Source: Pyrobaculum sp.
GTDB lineage: Archaea > Thermoproteota > Thermoprotei > Thermoproteales > Thermoproteaceae
NCBI GenBank assembly: GCA_046293555.1
Contig: JBKBOT010000008.1
Coordinates: 24,750-57,396 of the forward strand
Direction of reading: 5' to 3'
Length of the DNA: 32,647 nt
Part shown: positions 25,975 to 32,647 of the stretch, one piece after another
Layout: each line of letters opens with the position of its first letter
Numbering within the stretch: the first letter of the stretch is position 1
Position numbers and translations under genes: made by a program
Notes under the pieces: generated by a model
Database searches by the model: none
Told to the model about the DNA's origin: nothing
Seen by the model: only the letters and a program-made list of their open reading frames with translations

Positions 25975-26748
25975 GTGGATTGCCACATCCCCAAATGGCC
26001 TGTGGCAAATGGCAGCTTTAAGCTAGGCGGCAGATCGTGGCATAAAGCTGTGGAGTCTTTACTAAAGCTCACAGCCTCTTTCCCCATGGTTATCCTTCTG
26101 GGCAGGGCGGGGATGGGGAAGACGCAAGTGGCGTTAGAAGTTTGTAGAAAGAGCGACTGTATCTATGTAGACCTCATGGAAATAAGAGAGAGAGATATGG
26201 CTAACATTGTGGCGGCAGTAACTTGGCGGCTGTTGGCAAAATACGGCAGAAAAGAGGTAAAAAACAAGGTGGTAGAGGTATACAGGAAACATAGATATGA
26301 AGGTCTTCTCTCTCTAGCCAGGGGGGATCCCACCTGGACGTTACAGACGGCTTTAGAGCTCGTAGAGGGCAGAGTGGTGATAGCGCTAGACGAGCTCCTC
26401 CCCTCTTCAGAGGACCCCAAGTTTTTTGAAGCCGCCTATGTTCTCCACAGAATTAGAAATATGAACCTTCATAACGCCTCGTTTTTAGTCACCATGTTGC
26501 CCGAAGTTTATGAAAAAATGGTGGAGAAAGTGCCGCCGTTAGGCAACTTCTTTAGCCATATAACCGTCCAGCTGCCAGACGTAGTGCCAAGAGACGAGGT
26601 GGAGGAGATAGTGTCTCTATATTGCCTAGAGAGGGGGAAAGAGGCCTTGAGAATACTGGAGGAGAGGCCAGACGCCACTATACGCGACATATTGTTAGAA
26701 CTTCACAACTCCTCACCTCGTAGATATGTGGAAATACCTATAGACTAA
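25975..26748 (+). CDS. AAA+ ATPase (Orc1/Cdc6- or archaeal-ATPase-like), no C-terminal DNA-binding domain
   Basis: Walker A LLGRAGMGKT, CIYVDL, Walker B VIALDE, sensor-like FLVTM and EVEEIV lid. Confidence 0.75.
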   Translation: MDCHIPKWPVANGSFKLGGRSWHKAVESLLKLTASFPMVILLGRAGMGKTQVALEVCRKSDCIYVDLMEIRERDMANIVAAVTWRLLAKYGRKEVKNKVVEVYRKHRYEGLLSLARGDPTWTLQTALELVEGRVVIALDELLPSSEDPKFFEAAYVLHRIRNMNLHNASFLVTMLPEVYEKMVEKVPPLGNFFSHITVQLPDVVPRDEVEEIVSLYCLERGKEALRILEERPDATIRDILLELHNSSPRRYVEIPID

Positions 26749-26750
26749 CC

Positions 26751-28235
26751 ATGAGTCTCAAAACTAGTGGGTCTAGCGAGACGGTAAGACAGATCTTAGA
26801 ACACTATAGAGCCATCTGGGCCTTAGGACACGCCCAGGGGGTCTTGGGGTGGGACACAGAGACCCACATGCCCGAGGAGGGCATTAAGGGGAGGGCTATC
26901 GCCAGGGCTGAAATAGCGCAGTTGGTACAAAAGCTCATGCTAGACGAGAAGTTTGTCAAATTGATTGAAAAGGCCGAGGGGGAAAAAGACTTAACTGACG
27001 CAGAGAGGGGCATCATAAGGGTATTGAGGAGGGATTTGAGGTACTTCCAGAGGGTTCCCCCAGAGGTGATTAAAGAGTTCGCAAAGGTGACCTCAGAAGC
27101 GTTTATGGCCTGGAGAAACGCCAGGGAGAGGGCGGACTTCGGCCTTTTTGCCCCCTATCTGGAGAGGATTGTGGAGCTGTCGAGAGTGGTGGCGGAGAGG
27201 CTTGGATATGTGGAACACCCCTACGACGCCCTGCTGGACCTACACGAGGAGGGCCTCACCTCTAGAGACGTGGAGGAGATATTTTCCGCCCTGGAGCCGG
27301 GGGTAAGGAGGCTGTTATATAGGCTGGAGGCGTGGCCCAGGAGGCACCCCCTCGAGGAGATCCCTTACGACAGGCCGCAGGCTGAGGCGGCTGTGAGGGA
27401 GGTGTTAGAGCTTGTGGGGTACCCAAAGGGGAGGTTTAGGATAGATGTCTCCCCCCACCCCTTCACAATCGGCATAGCCCCGCCCTACGACGTGAGAATT
27501 ACCGTGAGGTACAGGGGGGTAGACTTCAGGGAGCCTTTATTTTCAGCTCTTCACGAATATGGCCACGCCCTATATGAGCTAAATATAGACGAGTCTCTAG
27601 CCGCCACGCCGGTGGGGACCGGGGTCTCTCTGGGGGTCCACGAGAGCCAGTCGAGATTTATGGAAAACATCGTGGGGAGGAGTAGGGAGTTTGTAGAAAA
27701 AATCTCGCCGATATTACGACGCCACTTCGCCTTCCTCTCCGGCCATACAGACGACGACCTGTATTACTACTTCAACTTGGTGAGGCCTAGCCTAATTAGA
27801 ACTGAGGCAGACGAGGTGACTTACAACCTCCACATCTTGCTTAGATACAGGCTGGAGAGGCTCATGTTGGCGGGAGAGATAAAGATATCACAACTGCCAG
27901 AGTTGTGGGACCAAGAGACGGAGAGACTTCTGGGCCTGAGGCCTAAAGACGACGCGGAGGGGGTACTACAGGACATCCACTGGTCTCACGGCTCTATTGG
28001 CTACTTCCCCACATATACTCTCGGCAACGTCGTCGCCGCCATGATTTACTTCAAGATGGGGAAGGTGAGGGAGCTGGTGGCGCGGGGTGACTTCACATCC
28101 CTGAAGGAGTACCTAAGAGAGAAGATACATAGATGGGGGAGCATATACCCCCCAAAGGAGCTCCTACGTAGGAGCTTCGGCGAGGTGTACAACGGCCACT
28201 ATTTGATACAATACCTAGAGGAGAAATACCGCTAG
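26751..28235 (+). CDS. Thermostable carboxypeptidase, M32 family
   Basis: WDTETHMP, HPF, DVRIT, HEYGH, HESQS, IRTEADE, QDIHW and GYFPTY. Confidence 0.95.
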   Translation: MSLKTSGSSETVRQILEHYRAIWALGHAQGVLGWDTETHMPEEGIKGRAIARAEIAQLVQKLMLDEKFVKLIEKAEGEKDLTDAERGIIRVLRRDLRYFQRVPPEVIKEFAKVTSEAFMAWRNARERADFGLFAPYLERIVELSRVVAERLGYVEHPYDALLDLHEEGLTSRDVEEIFSALEPGVRRLLYRLEAWPRRHPLEEIPYDRPQAEAAVREVLELVGYPKGRFRIDVSPHPFTIGIAPPYDVRITVRYRGVDFREPLFSALHEYGHALYELNIDESLAATPVGTGVSLGVHESQSRFMENIVGRSREFVEKISPILRRHFAFLSGHTDDDLYYYFNLVRPSLIRTEADEVTYNLHILLRYRLERLMLAGEIKISQLPELWDQETERLLGLRPKDDAEGVLQDIHWSHGSIGYFPTYTLGNVVAAMIYFKMGKVRELVARGDFTSLKEYLREKIHRWGSIYPPKELLRRSFGEVYNGHYLIQYLEEKYR

Positions 28236-28876
28236 CAGGCCTCCACGCAGAGCGTCGAGAGGGCTTTACACAAGTCTACCTCCCGCACGTACCCCCCAGC
28301 CTTCGCCATTGCCGTACCCCAAGCCAGCTCGTAGTCTTCAACCCCCACGAGGGCTGTCAGCTCCTCTATATGTGGCGTCTGGGAGTAGACAAGGTTTAGA
28401 CCCCGCGCCTTTTTCACCAGGTAGTTATTTAGCCCAACTCTAGCCCTGTAGAAAACATAGCTAGCCACGTCGCATGGGTCCTCCAGCTTGACGACCCTCC
28501 CGTCGAAGTGGAGAGGTCTGGCCAGCCTGGCGGTAAGCCCCGCGGAGAGGTAGCCAGCCAACACGCTTACGATCTTAAAAGTCCTCCCGCCATATGGCAC
28601 ATTTCTCAAAAAGGCTAGGTTTATCTCGTCGCTTACCACATATGCAAGCTCCGCCCCGTAGACGGCAGCCGCCTCCCGCGCGGTCTCCACCAACGCCCTG
28701 TGTACCAACTGGCTTCTAGGCGTGGGGAAGTCCCTAAGCCTTTTGCCAAACCCCACGCCGTCTAGCCTGACCACAAGCGGCGGGGTGGAGGGCTCGCAGA
28801 TAGCCTCCCTCTGCCTATACCGCGCCTCCATGGCCCTGGGGCTTACCCGCAGGATGCGGCCTAGCACCCACTCCAT
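28232..28876 (-). CDS. thg1: tRNA(His) guanylyltransferase Thg1-like protein
   Basis: VVRLDGVGF, SDEINL, YGGRTFKIVS and FDGR motifs. Confidence 0.9.
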   Translation of the reverse strand: MEWVLGRILRVSPRAMEARYRQREAICEPSTPPLVVRLDGVGFGKRLRDFPTPRSQLVHRALVETAREAAAVYGAELAYVVSDEINLAFLRNVPYGGRTFKIVSVLAGYLSAGLTARLARPLHFDGRVVKLEDPCDVASYVFYRARVGLNNYLVKKARGLNLVYSQTPHIEELTALVGVEDYELAWGTAMAKAGGYVREVDLCKALSTLCVEAC

Positions 28877-28900
28877 AATATATAAACTGTATATATCTGT

Positions 28901-29365
28901 ATGAAGCTACGCTTTAGGGCCGTGGTCCTGGGGGGCACTTTTGACACCCTACATTCCGGCCACGTCAAGCTGCTAGCCACAGCCACCCTGGTGGGGGAGA
29001 GGATCCTCGTGGGCCTCACCAGCGACGCCTTTGCCTCCACATATAAACAATATAGGGTCAGGCCCTTTTCCATCAGGCTGGCCAACTTGAGGCACCTAAT
29101 GGGCCTAATTGCGCCAGAGAGAGAGGTGACATATGTGGAGATAAACGACCCCTACGGCCCGGCGGCAGAAGACCCCAGGCTAGAGGCCATTGTGGCCAGC
29201 GTGGAGACCACGCCTAGGGTACTTCAGATAAACCACATGAGGGCAGAAAGGGGGCTGAGGCCCATGGAGGTAGTGGTGATCTCCACCGTGAGAGACGGCT
29301 TTGGCCACATACTCTCCTCTACCTACATCAGGAGGGTGCTAGAGGGGGGGAAGAAGCCCCAGTAG
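28901..29365 (+). CDS. coaD: Phosphopantetheine adenylyltransferase
   Basis: GGTFDTLHSGH, VGLTSD, INDPYGP, SVET and LSSTYIR. Confidence 0.92.
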   Translation: MKLRFRAVVLGGTFDTLHSGHVKLLATATLVGERILVGLTSDAFASTYKQYRVRPFSIRLANLRHLMGLIAPEREVTYVEINDPYGPAAEDPRLEAIVASVETTPRVLQINHMRAERGLRPMEVVVISTVRDGFGHILSSTYIRRVLEGGKKPQ

Positions 29366-30616
29366 AGCCAACTCCCTATATGTGTAGAAAGCCTCCTGGC
29401 AGTTATCTACACACAACGTGGGGCCCCCCAGCAGGTCGACACGTCTGTACTCGCCGCCGTGTTTTTTCAAGAAGTGGGGCAGCTCTACATACACCACCTC
29501 CGAGTGGGAGAAATCTTTGAATAACACCAAGTAGTTATAGGTGGCCGCCCAGGCGGCCCCCTCCAGCTGCGGCGGCTTTATCGCGGCTATGCGTTTAGCC
29601 AACTCGGCCACATACGCCACGTTTTCGTAAACAGCCTCCCTGTCCAGCGGGCTGTGGTAAATATGCCAGATGTCCTCAAGAGAGGATATGGTCACCGCCG
29701 GGAGGCCCCACCGCTCGTAGTGTAGGCTGTCGAAATGGGGCTTCGGCATCTCCACAGGCCCCAAGCCTCTGAGCGACTGGTGTAGGTAAGGCATGGCGTA
29801 CATTCTCGGCGTGCCTATCCCCACCACGTCGATATTAACCAGGAGGGTGGGTCTCCACCTCTTGAGGTATGCGTAAGACCCCCAGGCCCAGTAGAGAGAG
29901 GGGACGTGTGGGGCGACTCCCTCCTCAGCCGTGAAGAGACCCAGGGCGATGGGGATGTCGTCTGCTACAAGCTCGCCGAAGGCCAACACCGCCGCCTCTA
30001 CCCCAGCGCAGTTGTCAGCCGCGCCGACAAGCCAGTGGTCCCAGTGGGCGGAAATCATGGCGGTATTTTCAAAACTGTTAAAGGCGACGAGGCTGTAGCT
30101 ATAGGTAACCTTGGCGCTAGTCGCCACCTCCAGCTTGACCCTCTTCCCCACAAGCCGGCTCGCCCCCTCGATGCTGGCTACAGGCAGCGGGGTTGGGGCT
30201 GCCCCCATGTCGTAACTATAATTATCTGTCACCACAATACGCCTTGGGGGACTCCCCTCGAAGATCACGGCGAGAGCCCCCCTCCTTGCGGCTTCAATCA
30301 CTATATATTTGGCGTCGTCTAGATCCCGGGGGAATTGAGTTATGACGATATTGCCCTCTATATCTTTACTAAACTCCACCAACCTGCCCTCCACTACTGC
30401 GGGCTTGGAGTAAGGCATGGCGAGCCCTCTTAGCTCCACTCCGCCCCCCTCAAGCCTTGTGCCAACATCTCGCCAATAGAGCACCTCTACGGGCGAGAGG
30501 TGAAACCAGACAGAGGGTGTGTCCAACGCCGTGAGTAGCCACTGTAGGAAATCTCTCTCCTCCGGCGAGCCTGCCACCAGGTCCGCGTGGGAGATACATC
30601 TGGAAAACACCTCCAC
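29339..30616 (-). CDS. M28 family aminopeptidase with PA-like domain
   Basis: ISAHWDHW..GAADNCAG, FTAEEG, NIDVVG and YHSPLD. GTG 30616 preferred over 30646. Confidence 0.85.
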   Translation of the reverse strand: MEVFSRCISHADLVAGSPEERDFLQWLLTALDTPSVWFHLSPVEVLYWRDVGTRLEGGGVELRGLAMPYSKPAVVEGRLVEFSKDIEGNIVITQFPRDLDDAKYIVIEAARRGALAVIFEGSPPRRIVVTDNYSYDMGAAPTPLPVASIEGASRLVGKRVKLEVATSAKVTYSYSLVAFNSFENTAMISAHWDHWLVGAADNCAGVEAAVLAFGELVADDIPIALGLFTAEEGVAPHVPSLYWAWGSYAYLKRWRPTLLVNIDVVGIGTPRMYAMPYLHQSLRGLGPVEMPKPHFDSLHYERWGLPAVTISSLEDIWHIYHSPLDREAVYENVAYVAELAKRIAAIKPPQLEGAAWAATYNYLVLFKDFSHSEVVYVELPHFLKKHGGEYRRVDLLGGPTLCVDNCQEAFYTYRELALLGLLPPL

Positions 30617-30643
30617 ATAGAAATAGTTAAGTATAAAAATGGG

Positions 30644-30696
30644 CACGTGGAGAGACGTGGCTGAGCGGTGCTGTGTTGAACCCGGTCTGACCCGTG
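30644..30696 (+). ncRNA. Atypical C/D-like sRNA candidate with a guide complementary to the tRNA T-arm
   Basis: CTGA at 30661-30664 and 30687-30690, C'-like GTGCTG, guide TTGAACCCGG, CACG/CGTG termini; no canonical C box. Confidence 0.4.
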
Positions 30697-30699
30697 ATG

Positions 30700-31020
30700 C
30701 TACTCCTCTCTTGTATATACAGTAATTAGATCCAGCTTTTCTTTAATCTCTTTTAACAACTCGGCGTCGTGTGTCTTCTGTAGGCTATCCACGGCGGCTT
30801 TTAGCTGCTTCACCACATCTAGAAGGGCGTCAAGTCTCTGAAATGCCCGCATCATGTTATCTAGCTGTTCCCTAACCTCAGCCATCTGTTTGATGTTAAG
30901 ATACGCCGTGAGGATCACTAAGTCTTGTAGCTCAAGTTTTTTCTTCTTCTCCAGCCTGGCTACAGCCTCTGCGGCTAGAGTGGCCACCAGCTTCTCTACC
31001 CTCTTGGCGTAATCCTCCAC
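30700..31020 (-). CDS. Hypothetical coiled-coil protein
   Basis: 106-aa helical ORF with heptad pattern; TTTTATATA about 20-28 nt upstream. Confidence 0.75.
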   Translation of the reverse strand: MEDYAKRVEKLVATLAAEAVARLEKKKKLELQDLVILTAYLNIKQMAEVREQLDNMMRAFQRLDALLDVVKQLKAAVDSLQKTHDAELLKEIKEKLDLITVYTREE

Positions 31021-31050
31021 AAGGCTTTTTATCCTCAGATATATAAAAAT

Positions 31051-31863
31051 TTAGTGATGAGGGGTTCGATGGCGCGATTTATGACTGCGGAAGAGACGAG
31101 CTGACTTCAGAAGTCTCTCCACCTCTCTAGCCACCTCCCCGCCCTCTCTTTGAGGCCTCTCGAAGGCCCTCTCCACCCCATTTATGCCATCCAGCAGGCT
31201 GGCCACCGCCTTTCTAAACAGCCTGCGCTCTGTGGGGCACTCCAGCGTTATGTAGAACCTCCGCCCCGCCAGAGCTCTCCCCAGCCTGTAGTAAAAGTGG
31301 TCATCTACAAAGAAGTAGCCAGCGACGCCGTCTTTATGTATGTCAAATCCCAGTTGAACCACCAGGGGGTCCCCCATTTCTAACACCACAGAGGTCAAGG
31401 CCCAGAAGCTGCCGTGGCCCGCCCCGGGGGGCAGGGGGAGCGGTAAGGCCTCCCCGCTCCTCCTCCTTATGTATCTCACAGTGGGGCCGTCGGGCCCGCC
31501 GTATATTATATACAATGGGAATTTGTGCTCTAAGTGAAGCTCCCAAGTGCCCCAGGGGAAGTGTTTGTCAATAGTTAACACCGCCGCGCCTAATTTTTTC
31601 GCCATATAGACCCCGGCGTTAAAGACGTGACCCCACCTGGCGGCGTGTAAGCCCGCCATTATGGTGCCGCCTGTATACAACACCGCCCGCTCCATCTCTA
31701 GAGCCATGCCGGCAGCCGTCACTGCGATTAAAGCCTCTGGATTTTTCTTATAGAACTTATGTACCGTAAAGACCTCTTCCCACGTGCCCTCTCTATCTAC
31801 CGTATAGGCCCCCAGCTCTTTTAACACCTCGGCGGCCCAGTCTTTTGCGGCGACAATTAACAT
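31051..31863 (-). CDS. Degenerate histone-deacetylase-family protein
   Basis: VFTVH..Y, AGLHAA, IDKHFPWGT, LPLPPGAG and VQLGFDIHKDG line up with HDAC motifs; GGY absent. Confidence 0.75.
   Translation of the reverse strand: MLIVAAKDWAAEVLKELGAYTVDREGTWEEVFTVHKFYKKNPEALIAVTAAGMALEMERAVLYTGGTIMAGLHAARWGHVFNAGVYMAKKLGAAVLTIDKHFPWGTWELHLEHKFPLYIIYGGPDGPTVRYIRRRSGEALPLPLPPGAGHGSFWALTSVVLEMGDPLVVQLGFDIHKDGVAGYFFVDDHFYYRLGRALAGRRFYITLECPTERRLFRKAVASLLDGINGVERAFERPQREGGEVAREVERLLKSARLFRSHKSRHRTPHH
31052..31106 (+). ncRNA. C/D box methylation-guide sRNA antisense to the 3' end of the HDAC-like gene
   Basis: Perfect C box GTGATGA 31054-31060, D'-like GCGA 31074-31077, C'-like TTATGA, D box CTGA 31101-31104, AG/CT termini and typical spacing. 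Confidence 0.8.
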
Positions 31864-31890
31864 ATATATACTACTAACTTCAGCTTATTA

Positions 31891-32647
31891 ATGCAGGGGT
31901 TTACCAACTAGAGGAACAACTATACGCCCTTTTGAAAGAAAGACTGCAGTATAACGTCCCCCCGCTTATAGACGGCCCCCTAGCCCCCCTCATCGCCGAG
32001 GAGGTAGGGAAATTACACAACCCCACAGTGGCCTACCTGGGGCCGGAACACTCCTTCACCTGGGAGGCGGCGGTAGGCCTACTGCCACACGGCCGGCACA
32101 CCCCCTGTAGGACCATCACAGAGGTTTTCAGACTTGTGGAAGAGGGCTATGTGGACTACGGCGTGGTGCCCTTTATAAACAGCCTAGAGGGGCCCGTGGG
32201 GGAGACTATAGACGCCGTCGCCACGCGCCAGGTGGGGATCATATCTATGGGGGAGCTAAAGATAACGTTATGTCTCGCAAAAAAAGGCGAGCCCAAAGTG
32301 GTGTATACTCACCCACACGCCGCGGCGCAAGCCAGAAGACTACTGGCGGCGCTGGGGGCAGAGGTGGCCTACACCACCTCCACCTCGGAGGCCGTGAGGG
32401 AGTTTGAGAGATGTGAAAAAAACTGCGCCGTGTTGGCCTCCCCCAAGGCTTTAGAGCGATATGAAAAAACTTGCGGCGTGGAGGATGGGGAGAGCTACAC
32501 GAGATTTGCCGTATTGGCCAAAGAGGGGGGTATCGGCGAGAGGGCGCTTCTCATATTCGCGGTGCCCAACGTCGCCGGGGCGTTATACAAGGCCCTAGGC
32601 CCCCTCGCCAAAAGGGGGATAAACATGACTTTAATATACTCAAGGCC
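31891..32647 (+). CDS. pheA: Prephenate dehydratase with vestigial chorismate-mutase-like N-terminus and ACT domain; 3'-truncated; 5' frame anomaly
   Basis: Manual translation of the frame containing 31902: VAYLGPEHSFT, GVVPFINSLEG, YTHPHAAAQ, STSEA, YTRF, PNVAGALY..L..GINMTLIYSR. ATG 31891 is out of frame; the first in-frame standard start is TTG 31932. Confidence 0.85.

Noticed and set aside
31061-31072. GGGGTTCGAT as a tRNA T-loop
   Set aside because: No T-stem closure or cloverleaf; it sits in the guide position of a C/D sRNA.
1-32647. CRISPR array, IS element or provirus
   Set aside because: No regularly spaced repeats, transposase, integrase or viral structural genes were seen by eye.

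Overview
Gene-dense, GC-rich archaeal chromosome segment. Gene content (rpS24e, rpS27ae, rpL14e, Kae1, Cbf5, XPB-Bax1, Thg1), TATA boxes about 25 nt before apparently leaderless starts and a non-canonical tRNA intron point to Thermoproteales, probably Pyrobaculum-like (inference). It holds about 43 CDSs, including a complete branched-chain amino-acid ABC transporter, and no CRISPR array, rRNA or recognisable mobile element. Features missing from the ORF track: a tRNA-Glu(UUC) with a 37-nt acceptor-stem insert, two good and one atypical C/D-box sRNA candidates, rpS27ae, a decayed CorA pseudogene, a pheA gene whose best-placed ATG is out of frame, a perfect 24-bp palindrome at the liv promoter, and an AT-rich island with a promoter-backed 15-codon Lys/Glu micro-ORF. 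The best candidates for undescribed biology are a winged-helix protein plus Orc1/Cdc6-like AAA+ ATPase pair, a YkgJ / shrunken IorA-ferredoxin / OsmC-like operon, and several intact but catalytically degenerate enzyme homologues (NAPRTase-like, HDAC-like, DsrE-like). All family calls come from motif recognition by eye; no searches were run.
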